Shown: one piece after another, positions 8,735 through 16,707 of the stretch
Numbering within the stretch: the first letter of the stretch is position 1
Layout of the letters: every line of letters starts with the position of its first letter
DNA from: a virus
Lineage: Duplodnaviria; Caudoviricetes
IMG/VR virus record: IMGVR_UViG_3300028888_000057
DNA length: 64,000 nt
Strand: one strand, 5' to 3'
Position numbers and translations under genes: made by a program
Notes under the pieces: model-generated
Told to the model about the DNA's origin: nothing
The model's database searches: none
What the model saw: the letters and a program-made list of their open reading frames with translations, nothing else

Positions 8735-8914
8735 TTGATAGTAATAACAACTATGAATTCGTTCCCAGAACATTGTTATGAATATCCATGTCATGACGGT
8801 GAGAGCGGGTACTGTCAAGCCGATAAAGAACAACGATATTCGGATTATTATAGGCCATTTTGGTGCCCATTAATTCAATATAAAGATTGTATTGACTGTG
8901 TCAATATGAACTAG
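8735..8914 (+). CDS. Cys-rich protein related to N-module of 6050..6370
   Basis: TTG start in junction motif; PEHCYEYPC...RPFWCPL. Confidence 0.6.
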   Translation: MIVITTMNSFPEHCYEYPCHDGESGYCQADKEQRYSDYYRPFWCPLIQYKDCIDCVNMN

Positions 8915-8944
8915 TCAACTGGAGAATATGAGGAGGAAAACAAC

Positions 8945-9403
8945 ATGAAGCGGACTAATATTTTTAAAAGATTTTTTGAGTGGATCAAGAAACTTTTCCA
9001 AAGGAAATTGAAATCCACAGAACAGGTTTATTGGGTAAATCATATCTTTGATGAATATGTTAATGCTTCTCAGAAATCCGTTGGTATGTATGCTAACGTT
9101 CATGGATTTGAAGGACTGAACGATGACGGCAGCTGGACTTACTGGGTCGGTATTGATATCCGGTTCATCGGCATTCGCGTTGCTGACATTGTAATCCGGT
9201 GCAAGAACAAGAGTACTTATGATCGTTGGATTTACCAGGCAACACATGATTTGAACTCCATGCCGAGCGCTGTTCGAAACGATCCTAATCTTTACTGCCG
9301 TTTTGGTGACGATGTTGAAATTGATTTCAAGTTCCGCTGGGGTGACGAAGAGAAGCATTTCAACGTAAGGTTCAGTGGTGATAGATATGCCGAAGAAAGG
9401 TAA
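8945..9403 (+). CDS. Hypothetical protein
   Basis: AGGAGG RBS; 152 aa. Confidence 0.8.
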   Translation: MKRTNIFKRFFEWIKKLFQRKLKSTEQVYWVNHIFDEYVNASQKSVGMYANVHGFEGLNDDGSWTYWVGIDIRFIGIRVADIVIRCKNKSTYDRWIYQATHDLNSMPSAVRNDPNLYCRFGDDVEIDFKFRWGDEEKHFNVRFSGDRYAEER

Positions 9404-9415
9404 TTCGAAAACAAA

Positions 9416-9682
9416 ATGAAATTCATGTTAAACGGATGCGATATATCTTTTATAGCGGAAGCTCCAGATGATATTACCTTAAAAGAACTGTTAAAGCAAA
9501 CAGATAGAATTCAGCCACAATGGTGTGCATGCGGAATAAGATCGTTATCGCCAAACGAAGAAAAATTGGACACAGAAATATTCATAGAAAAAGATTCTGT
9601 GAGATTAGCAAATGAAGATGTATCCGCATACATAAGAGATGACGGAAACTGGTTCAAAACTAAAATTGGAGAAAATTCTTAA
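9416..9682 (+). CDS. Hypothetical protein
   Basis: ORF in operon. Confidence 0.65.
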   Translation: MKFMLNGCDISFIAEAPDDITLKELLKQTDRIQPQWCACGIRSLSPNEEKLDTEIFIEKDSVRLANEDVSAYIRDDGNWFKTKIGENS

Positions 9683-9704
9683 GCTGAATGGAAGACAAGA
9701 CAAT

Positions 9705-9887
9705 ATGAAAATTAAAGGAAGTGCTTTTCTTGAACATCCGATAATGGATGAATGTATTGAAGCTGCGTATAAAATCGTAATGGAACTACAAGAAAGAAGA
9801 ATTCTAAAAGTGAAAATCAAGCGCAAAGAAGGCGAGGAGTCGTTTATTCAGTGGGAGATTGATACAGATAGTATTGAGCAAAGTTAA
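9705..9887 (+). CDS. Hypothetical protein
   Basis: Non-overlapping start at ATG 9705. Confidence 0.55.
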   Translation: MKIKGSAFLEHPIMDECIEAAYKIVMELQERRILKVKIKRKEGEESFIQWEIDTDSIEQS

Positions 9888-9906
9888 TGAGGATAAAAAA
9901 GATAAT

Positions 9907-10149
9907 ATGAAGATAATTATCAACGGCAGTCCCTACGATTCTGTAATCGAAGCGATTGTAAAAAAGACGAGATCGTTCACGGATACATACATCGTTCGAA
10001 TCAAAACAACCGTACTTGGCGAAGAAACAGTTCTTATGATTCCGAATGGAATATGGTATGATTTTGATACAGATTGGTATGAAGGCGGAGAAATCGAATT
10101 GCTTGGATTCATTCGTCTTCAGGACGTTGAAATTCCTTTGCTAACATAA
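9907..10149 (+). CDS. Hypothetical protein (DWYEG motif)
   Basis: GAGGA RBS; broken paralog at 12677. Confidence 0.7.
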   Translation: MKIIINGSPYDSVIEAIVKKTRSFTDTYIVRIKTTVLGEETVLMIPNGIWYDFDTDWYEGGEIELLGFIRLQDVEIPLLT

Positions 10150-10172
10150 ATTTAACAAAAGGAAATACGAAA

Positions 10173-10301
10173 ATGGACATCAAATACAAATGGTACATAT
10201 TTAAATGCTGGCTGTTCGGTCATAAACACAGTTGTTGTAATGACGTAAGAAAGAGATGCTCAAAATGCAATGATGCAGCTCAAAAGGAGGTGATGTCATG
10301 A
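10173..10301 (+). CDS. 42-aa Cys/His peptide (DUF1660-like)
   Basis: CWLFGHK...CSKC. Confidence 0.55.
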   Translation: MDIKYKWYIFKCWLFGHKHSCCNDVRKRCSKCNDAAQKEVMS

Positions 10302-10390
10302 AGGACTGTGTAGACGCATACAACCGGATGCTCTCTATTCCTCAGTAGCATCGCCCCTGATGGGGCGTTTAAGAAAAATGAGGTAATACC

Positions 10391-10561
10391 ATGAACCAAA
10401 GAGAAGAAGTGCCACTAGAACCATACGAATTACCTGATTGTTGTGCGGCCTGCATTCATTGTCATGAATTTGGTAGTCCAAAGGATTTAAAATATATTTG
10501 TGATTTGAATTTATTGGACAATAATCGAATCGAGTGTATGTATGCAGAAGATGAATTTTGA
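10391..10561 (+). CDS. 56-aa Cys-rich protein
   Basis: GAGGT RBS; CCAACIHC...C...C. Confidence 0.55.
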   Translation: MNQREEVPLEPYELPDCCAACIHCHEFGSPKDLKYICDLNLLDNNRIECMYAEDEF

Positions 10562-10738
10562 TTTTAAAAAATGGGGTGATGCTATGCATGGAGTAACGTA
10601 CGATAGTACTGGATTAACACAGTAGCGTTGCCCCGGAAACAATGATACATTTGTGCTACCTTTAGAAGGAATAATTACTATTGTTTGTTTTTGAAAGCAG
10701 TTATTCAAATTGCTGCATAGATAATGACGGGAGGAAAA

Positions 10739-10975
10739 ATGACGAAGTTTGAAAAACTTGCAAAAAAGCTACACGACACCTTTGGCTATGATTTGACTGA
10801 TTTCAAACGAACGTATGCCGGAAGCAAGATGAGGAAAGCAGGAGCTTTTGTATGGGAAGCTAAACTTGGTCACTACACGGTTGGAAGCACATGGACTGTA
10901 ACAGAGTTGCTAAAAGCAAAGACAATCTTGCAAGAGTACTGTGGATTTTGCGAAATCGAACTGTTCCCGAACTAA
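10739..10975 (+). CDS. Hypothetical protein
   Basis: GGAGG RBS before ATG 10739. Confidence 0.75.
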   Translation: MTKFEKLAKKLHDTFGYDLTDFKRTYAGSKMRKAGAFVWEAKLGHYTVGSTWTVTELLKAKTILQEYCGFCEIELFPN

Positions 10976-11010
10976 TTAAAACTGCTGTTTAAAGAAGGAT
11001 GGAATAAGTT

Positions 11011-11142
11011 ATGGATGAGTATAGAGAAAAAGTTTTAAAAGCTATACGTGACTATGAAAAACAACTTGATCATGTTGACCAATACGAGATTGTGAATGCA
11101 ATCGGAGAGCTGTATGAAATAATCAGAGCGATACTCACTTAA
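11011..11142 (+). CDS. 43-aa helical peptide
   Basis: AAGGA RBS. Confidence 0.5.
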   Translation: MDEYREKVLKAIRDYEKQLDHVDQYEIVNAIGELYEIIRAILT

Positions 11143-11162
11143 ACAACATGAGGTGAATAGTC

Positions 11163-11384
11163 ATGAAATATATATCTGTAGACGATTTGCAAGCATTCTG
11201 CAGAGATGAAGAAGCAAAAGACTTTGCCAGAATGCTTCAGTATACGGCTGAGTGCATCATGTATTATCAAAGAGTATCATCTTTTCCAGATTGTAACACT
11301 TGCAGTGAAAAGGATTGTAAATACAGACCGGGCTGGGGTGAACAAGTTCGGATTAACTGTCCATTATGGAAGAGTAAGGAATAA
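11163..11384 (+). CDS. Cys-rich hypothetical protein
   Basis: GAGGTGA RBS; DCNTC..C..RINCPLW. Confidence 0.75.
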   Translation: MKYISVDDLQAFCRDEEAKDFARMLQYTAECIMYYQRVSSFPDCNTCSEKDCKYRPGWGEQVRINCPLWKSKE

Positions 11385-11443
11385 ATTGATGTATAAATGA
11401 CGAGAATTAACTTAAATAACTAAAAGTGGACGGAGATTTGTAT

Positions 11444-11596
11444 ATGGAAACGGCGCATCCAAAGGGGTGGAACAGACTCATGGTTGAGTATGACAATGTT
11501 GGATTTTTTCATGGCTACTATGTCAGGAAAGGATACATGACTCTGTTTCGTATCCCGAACTGGCTTGGACGGGTTCTAACTTCAATAAAGCTTTAA
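11444..11596 (+). CDS. 50-aa hypothetical protein
   Basis: GGAG RBS; stop overlaps junction motif. Confidence 0.55.
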   Translation: METAHPKGWNRLMVEYDNVGFFHGYYVRKGYMTLFRIPNWLGRVLTSIKL

Positions 11597-11605
11597 ATTA
11601 CCGTA

Positions 11606-11692
11606 TTGTTGTCGTACAAGTATAGGACTCCGCCGGGGTGTAGGCTTGCCGATAGCCGGGGGCAATGTCAGGGGCAGTGCCTGACCAGCAAA
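11606..11692 (+). ncRNA. tRNA-like structured RNA with atypical anticodon arm
   Basis: UUGUUG/CAGCAA closing stem, D-arm-like UCGUACAAGUAUAGGAC, GUCAGG-GGCAGUG-CCUGAC T-arm-like hairpin; GC-rich island between genes. Confidence 0.5.
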
Positions 11693-11712
11693 TATTATTT
11701 ATGGTGAGGACT

Positions 11713-11871
11713 ATGACAATAAAAGAAGCAAAAACAACTTTGAATAGTTTGCCGCTGAGAATTTACTCGGACGAAGAAATTATAAAAGCATATGAGCGAT
11801 TGAAAAAAGCAAATTTGTTGACAAAGAAAATATTATTGAATTTAGTTGACAGATATCCGCCCAAATGCTAA
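11713..11871 (+). CDS. 52-aa hypothetical protein
   Basis: GGTGAGGA RBS before ATG 11713. Confidence 0.55.
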   Translation: MTIKEAKTTLNSLPLRIYSDEEIIKAYERLKKANLLTKKILLNLVDRYPPKC

Positions 11872-11906
11872 TTTTTCAATTTGCTGTATAACTATGGGTG
11901 AACTGA

Positions 11907-12056
11907 ATGAAACATAGCAAAGTGATAGAAATAACATATGAACAGTTTAAAAGACTTCCAGATCGATTCAAATGGGTTATTTGCTATGAAAAAACAAACA
12001 TCAAAGTTATAAATAGCAAAAGCGACATTCGATACGTTAGTCCAAAAGCATTATAG
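11907..12056 (+). CDS. 49-aa hypothetical protein
   Basis: GGGTGA RBS; bracketed by junction motifs. Confidence 0.5.
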   Translation: MKHSKVIEITYEQFKRLPDRFKWVICYEKTNIKVINSKSDIRYVSPKAL

Positions 12057-12094
12057 CTGCGTCAATTTGCAGTTTTACAAAAAAGGAGAGAATA

Positions 12095-12646
12095 ATGAGC
12101 CAAGTAATAACTGCTCCAAATTCGGAAAAACCAATCTTTATATCACTATTTCTCGCAGGTGGAATTACGAACTGTAAAGATTGGCAAAATGACGTTATTA
12201 AGGAACTCGTTTACGATGATGTTTCGATATTTAATCCAAGACAAGAACATTTTGATATATCAAATAAAAGTGCATCCTATGAACAGATTGCGTGGGAATA
12301 CGAACGTCTAGAACAGATGGACATTTTTTCTATGTACTTTTGCAATAGCGATAGCGATCAGCCAATATGCATGTACGAGCTTGGAAGAAACATTGTTCGC
12401 ATGCAAAACAGATTTCCTGTCGACTGGCAGGAACGAATTATTGTTGGTGTAGAAGATGGGTATCGTCGAAAACATGATGTTATTATTCAAATGAAATTAT
12501 GCGCGCCTTCGATACTCGTAAACGATCGCGCTACTCCTGAAACTCATGCTCAAAGAATTCAAAAAGTAATTAGAAAACTAAATCCTCCTGTTGTTTATAA
12601 TGATTACGAAAGAATGTCTTATTTGAGATCGTGCTCCAGCATATAA
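12095..12646 (+). CDS. Nucleoside 2-deoxyribosyltransferase-like protein
   Basis: FLAGGIT.C.DWQ, FNPR, QIAWE, PICMYELG. Confidence 0.8.
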   Translation: MSQVITAPNSEKPIFISLFLAGGITNCKDWQNDVIKELVYDDVSIFNPRQEHFDISNKSASYEQIAWEYERLEQMDIFSMYFCNSDSDQPICMYELGRNIVRMQNRFPVDWQERIIVGVEDGYRRKHDVIIQMKLCAPSILVNDRATPETHAQRIQKVIRKLNPPVVYNDYERMSYLRSCSSI

Positions 12647-12676
12647 TGGAAGCCAAGCAGAAAAAGGAGATAAAAT

Positions 12677-12971
12677 ATGAAAATATATTGAAATATAGAT
12701 TCTTCGCCTTACAAATCTGTATCAGAAACATTGTTCAAAAAAAAGAGATTACTACGGAGATAGTATTGTTGTTCAACTTCGTCTTAGAAGGAGACCTTCC
12801 AGCCCTATAGAAGAACACACAGTTCTTTATTTAAGAACTGGATACGGTGATGATTACGAATGGGAGTATGACTGGTGGGAAGGTGAACAAGAAGTCGAAC
12901 TTATTGCAGCAGCGCCTATATCCAAAATAAAATTAAGCGAGGAATTTTGTTTTACAAATGAAAAATGCTGA
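12677..12971 (+). pseudogene. Broken paralog of 9907..10149
   Basis: AAGGAG RBS; TGA at codon 5; frameshift near A8 run 12737-12744; SPY.SV and DWWEG..VELI match the paralog. Confidence 0.65.
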
Positions 12972-13239
12972 TTTTAAGTTGTCTCGCTATGATGAGGCAA
13001 CGAAAGATTTCTGGTTCGAAATATCCGGAGAAAGTCAGAAAGAATTAACCAATAAATATTTTGAACAAGGAATGGTAGAGGTATCTCATGTTGTATATTC
13101 TCTTGGTGATAATAGCTGGGCTATCCAACGAGAGTTTATCTTTAATACTAACATGATGACACCAAAAGATAAAGATATTGAAGATTTTCTAAAAAATCTT
13201 GCAGAAGAAGAAAACCTCAAACTGAACAAAGCTTCTTAA
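12958..13239 (+). CDS. Hypothetical protein
   Basis: GAGGA RBS. Confidence 0.7.
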   Translation: MKNADFKLSRYDEATKDFWFEISGESQKELTNKYFEQGMVEVSHVVYSLGDNSWAIQREFIFNTNMMTPKDKDIEDFLKNLAEEENLKLNKAS

Positions 13240-13250
13240 AGGAGTTATAC

Positions 13251-13619
13251 ATGCCGAAAGAATTAGAACTACTTCAAGAATGGAAGCAACGATTAGGACT
13301 TCAGAACTGGCAGATAACGTTAACCGACAATGTTGATCCAGAAGATATGACAGTCAAAGACGCAATGGGCTGCACAAGCTATCAGGAAGTCATGAGGACA
13401 GCTTCTATTCAGATTATTAATCCTGAAAAGATCGAAGAAACACTCAGACCATTTGATTATGAAGAGACGCTTGTGCATGAATTGCTTCATTTAAAACTTG
13501 GCCTGCTTGAACGAGGTACTGACTGGGACAACAAACTTCAATTGAGAGTTCTTCATATGATTATTGACGATCTTGCTCGCGCTTTAGTCGACGCAAAAAG
13601 AAATGGAGGATCCAAATGA
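13251..13619 (+). CDS. Zincin-like (HExxH) metallopeptidase-domain protein
   Basis: ETLVHELLHL. Confidence 0.7.
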   Translation: MPKELELLQEWKQRLGLQNWQITLTDNVDPEDMTVKDAMGCTSYQEVMRTASIQIINPEKIEETLRPFDYEETLVHELLHLKLGLLERGTDWDNKLQLRVLHMIIDDLARALVDAKRNGGSK

Positions 13620-13837
13620 GGAAAAATATAAGTGTTATCAGATGTGACTGCTGTGGAAAAAGAATTGATCAGGGGAAATATCATGTTATTGAAACCAAAT
13701 ATAATCTCAGTAACTGTGTTCATCAGTATGAAATATGCGATGAATGTATGACAACTTTTCTTAAAGGATTGGAATATAAAAATAAAATGGAAAAAATATG
13801 GGACCATATATCGGAAGAAAGATTGATCGAGGAATGA
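13616..13837 (+). CDS. Zn-finger protein
   Basis: CDCCGK...ICDEC; similar to 8518..8727. Confidence 0.7.
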   Translation: MRKNISVIRCDCCGKRIDQGKYHVIETKYNLSNCVHQYEICDECMTTFLKGLEYKNKMEKIWDHISEERLIEE

Positions 13838-13849
13838 AAGGAGAGCAAA

Positions 13850-14431
13850 ATGAAAAATAAATATAAGATAGTTATATTGATAGCAATCTTGGTTTTATGC
13901 ATATTTGTATTCTCCGGCTGCGAAAGCAAAGGAAATTCAATAGCGTATAGAAAGGCATCTGGTACAGTCGAAGACAGCCGCTCGCAGGCTGAGGTGGCAG
14001 GTCGTCTTGCAGATAATCAGCGTACACCAACAGATATTAACTATTCTTTGGAAAGATACAATCTTATCCGCAGAACATATTGGGTAAACGGACAAAGAGA
14101 AAAAGCTAATATGCTTGTATGTCCTGTTGAAAAACCTCTTGGATACATAGTAATCTTTGCTGGAAATACCGTGGCTGGAAAATTCGTTGTAGATGGAAAA
14201 GTCAGTAGCTTAAACAGTTTTCTCACACCTTCGAGTATCGATACATATTATGGACAGGGCGCAGTAATTACAACAGAAATGGCCGATGTAGATGGAAGTT
14301 ACGGAGAAAACGATAACGGTATATTCTTCTTTACTCCAAACGGGAACTATATTGAGTGGACAGGAGAGTATCTGTACTCTGACATTCCATTTGAAATTGA
14401 CAATCCGATCGTGAAGGTGATGTCAGAATGA
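13850..14431 (+). CDS. Lipoprotein
   Basis: Basic N-terminus, hydrophobic core, lipobox FSGC. Confidence 0.8.
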   Translation: MKNKYKIVILIAILVLCIFVFSGCESKGNSIAYRKASGTVEDSRSQAEVAGRLADNQRTPTDINYSLERYNLIRRTYWVNGQREKANMLVCPVEKPLGYIVIFAGNTVAGKFVVDGKVSSLNSFLTPSSIDTYYGQGAVITTEMADVDGSYGENDNGIFFFTPNGNYIEWTGEYLYSDIPFEIDNPIVKVMSE

Positions 14432-14826
14432 CAGACAGCGAAAAGAAAACTACGATAATTATCGTAGGAATAGTATTGATCGTTGTTGCTGTTATACTAT
14501 TCTTCGTATTGACTCCAACCGGCCGCAAAGAATGGAATAACGCAATGTACGAACTGCATAAGGCAGACGACGCAACATTGTACTCGACACGTAAACAAGT
14601 CGAAGATACATGTAGATCTATGATGTCCAGCTATACAAGTGATTCTATGACATACAATCAATATAAAGATAGCGATAACGCAGAGAAACAAGGCTGGGCT
14701 GAACAAGCAAAGATGCGAGCCAATAAGACAGCTGCAAGCTATAACGAGTATGTCCTAAAGAATTCTTTTGTATGGCAAGGAAATATCCCGGTCGACATAA
14801 AGAATAGCTTGGATTACTTGGAATAG
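14428..14826 (+). CDS. Membrane-anchored protein, partner of upstream lipoprotein
   Basis: N-terminal TM; ATGA overlap. Confidence 0.8.
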   Translation: MTDSEKKTTIIIVGIVLIVVAVILFFVLTPTGRKEWNNAMYELHKADDATLYSTRKQVEDTCRSMMSSYTSDSMTYNQYKDSDNAEKQGWAEQAKMRANKTAASYNEYVLKNSFVWQGNIPVDIKNSLDYLE

Positions 14827-14835
14827 AGGACGAAT

Positions 14836-15042
14836 ATGAAAGTATTAACATTTGAGAGTTTAGCGTACTACAATAAACTATTGAATGAGAAATTAAATAA
14901 TCTGTTTACAAAAGGACTTCAAAACTGTACATCGTGTGGAGCTCCTTATAAAAATAAAGCAGTATGTGAATATTGTGGACGCAGTTTCTTTGTCATAGAT
15001 TTACTGACTGATAAACAAAATAATGTCGAGGTGAACGCATGA
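14836..15042 (+). CDS. Zn-ribbon protein
   Basis: NCTSCGAP...CEYCG. Confidence 0.7.
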   Translation: MKVLTFESLAYYNKLLNEKLNNLFTKGLQNCTSCGAPYKNKAVCEYCGRSFFVIDLLTDKQNNVEVNA

Positions 15043-15236
15043 TTGTAATCGAAACTTGTCCTCAATGTGGAGCAGATCTCGAATATCTGACAATTGCCAC
15101 ATATCCGCCTATTCCAGTAAAGAGATGCACGAAATGTTCTTGGCACTGGGAAGGCAAAAGAGAACCTATTGTCAGAATTCCATTTAAAGAAGAAGGAGAT
15201 GTTTATAATGACTCTGAGAGAATTACTTACGGATGA
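15039..15236 (+). CDS. Zn-ribbon protein
   Basis: CPQCG...CTKC. Confidence 0.75.
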   Translation: MIVIETCPQCGADLEYLTIATYPPIPVKRCTKCSWHWEGKREPIVRIPFKEEGDVYNDSERITYG

Positions 15237-15564
15237 ACCAACTACTATTTATTTCAAAGCGCAGACTTCCGAAGAAACACCGCTCGGAACTTACAGTTGG
15301 GACGGGGAGAAGCTTACTCCACATGATGCAGGAGAATATACCTTAGAACAGGAGATTGTCGGCTGGGTTTGGGGAGACGGAGAGGTTGTTGTATATGTCG
15401 AGCCACCTGTTATCCCTGAACCAGAACCTGTTGAACCTGACGTTGAACCGGAAGAGCCAGACGTTGAGCCAGACGAAGAACCAGATACTGATCCTGTAGA
15501 TCCAGAAATTGAGCCAGTAGAACCCGTTGAGTCTGAAACTCCTGAAGAAGGTGGAGAAGAATGA
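15208..15564 (+). CDS. Protein with acidic Pro/Glu/Asp-rich tail
   Basis: AAGGAG RBS; EP/DP low-complexity repeats. Confidence 0.75.
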   Translation: MTLRELLTDEPTTIYFKAQTSEETPLGTYSWDGEKLTPHDAGEYTLEQEIVGWVWGDGEVVVYVEPPVIPEPEPVEPDVEPEEPDVEPDEEPDTDPVDPEIEPVEPVESETPEEGGEE

Positions 15565-15863
15565 TGCAATATCACGTTCAGTATGGTGAGATGCCATCTG
15601 CTATATATGCCGGAGTAAAGAACGATAACGGAGATTGGATCTGGCGCAACGAAGTAACTATGGAAGCTATCGAAGCAGTTAGGGACTACTTTATTGCATG
15701 TGCCAACAATGATAATGTTGGAGTCTATGGCAAACAATGGCACGATACAAAGCGAGATAAAGATATATCCCTTGTTCTTGATTTGAACTATGACGTTATG
15801 GTCGAAGAACACACAGAAGAAACTCCATCCGAAGAAGCTTCTGCCGAAGCTACTATTGAATAA
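15561..15863 (+). CDS. Hypothetical protein
   Basis: AIYAG...EVT.EAIEAVRDY. Confidence 0.75.
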   Translation: MMQYHVQYGEMPSAIYAGVKNDNGDWIWRNEVTMEAIEAVRDYFIACANNDNVGVYGKQWHDTKRDKDISLVLDLNYDVMVEEHTEETPSEEASAEATIE

Positions 15864-15902
15864 GATATCACTACCGACAACGAATAAGAAAGGAAGGTCA
15901 TT

Positions 15903-16184
15903 ATGAATAAACAGGAATTGATTGCAGAGGTACAGAACTCGGTTAGGAATCCTATGACTCACGCAGACGCAGAACGTTGCGTGAATGCATTTATTGACTC
16001 TATTAAGGAAGCTGTCGCTGCCGGTGATAGTGTACAACTGGTTGGCTTTGGAACCTTCGAAGCTCGTGAACGCTCCGCTCGTACTGCGCGGAATCCTCAG
16101 ACTGGCGAAACTCTGACGATCGCAGCTAAGAAAGTTCCGGCGTTTAAGCCCGGTAAAGCTTTTAAAGACGTTGTGAATAAGTAA
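15903..16184 (+). CDS. hup: HU family DNA-binding protein
   Basis: MNKQELI...VQLVGFGTFE.RERSARTARNPQTGE...VPAFKPGKAFKD. Confidence 0.96.
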   Translation: MNKQELIAEVQNSVRNPMTHADAERCVNAFIDSIKEAVAAGDSVQLVGFGTFEARERSARTARNPQTGETLTIAAKKVPAFKPGKAFKDVVNK

Positions 16185-16226
16185 TTAACGCGTAGGTTTA
16201 TTGTAGTTGTCGGTTTATGATATAAA

Positions 16227-16258
16227 GAAGCGTCCCGCCCTAAAAAGCGGGACGCTTC
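16227..16258 (+). terminator. Hairpin/terminator after hup
   Basis: GAAGCGTCCCGC...GCGGGACGCTTC, 12-bp perfect stem. Confidence 0.7.
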
Positions 16259-16324
16259 GTATTTAGAATTCAGAATATTAGAAAATATTTTGAGTTCTGA
16301 ATTACGAAAGAAAGGAAAAATAAC

Positions 16325-16693
16325 ATGAAAAAGAAGATTATCTCTGCTATTAACCGTGCATTGTCTGTGGTTCCCGAAGATCAGTTTATCAATCTAACCA
16401 GAGGCGAGGCTAAAGAAATTCTGCGGCTGTTAACTCCGGCCAGAGTCCTGCCTTGGGAAGAACTCATCAAGTGTACGAAAGAACAGCCTCTTTGGTTTGA
16501 AATTCATAATCAAAGTCTCGAAATAGACTCTGTTGAATACTATAACCCAGACACAGATGTTCTTGAAGCATATAACACAATGAGTTTATATAAGCGTGCT
16601 TCAGTTTCTTATAACGTTTCGTGGAGAGTTTGGGATAAGCTTCCCACTGAACAGCAAATGAAGGAGACTTCTTACAAAAAGATGTCTGCTTAA
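16325..16693 (+). CDS. Hypothetical protein
   Basis: AAGGA RBS; YNVSWRVWDKLPT C-motif. Confidence 0.75.
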   Translation: MKKKIISAINRALSVVPEDQFINLTRGEAKEILRLLTPARVLPWEELIKCTKEQPLWFEIHNQSLEIDSVEYYNPDTDVLEAYNTMSLYKRASVSYNVSWRVWDKLPTEQQMKETSYKKMSA

Positions 16694-16707
16694 TAATTTA
16701 TATTGGA

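Larger units (their letters stand above)
2762..8738 (+). repeat. About 18 dispersed copies of junction motif (a)GGnGGTRAARTGGRAATGA
   Basis: Clear copies at 3798, 4478, 4935, 5168, 5792, 6034, 6350, 6609, 7521, 7841, 8057, 8387; degenerate at 2762, 3332, 3487, 5456, 8503, 8718. Confidence 0.85.
10705..12076 (+). repeat. Six direct copies of a 15-bp junction motif, consensus TcAAwTTGCTGTwTA
   Basis: 10705 TCAAATTGCTGCATA; 10977 TAAAACTGCTGTTTA; 11381 ATAAATTGATGTATA; 11593 TTAAATTACCGTATT; 11876 TCAATTTGCTGTATA; 12062 TCAATTTGCAGTTTT. Confidence 0.6.

Noticed and set aside
15-8738. Classical integron (IntI with attC cassettes)
   Set aside because: The integrase looks like a tRNA-targeting phage integrase with its own att core; the junction repeats lack attC-type palindromes
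10339-10383. tRNA starting TCCTCAGTAGC
   Set aside because: Only 11 nt resemble a tRNA 5' end; no cloverleaf follows
2762-12076. CRISPR array
   Set aside because: Repeats are degenerate and separated by whole genes of variable length; no cas operon
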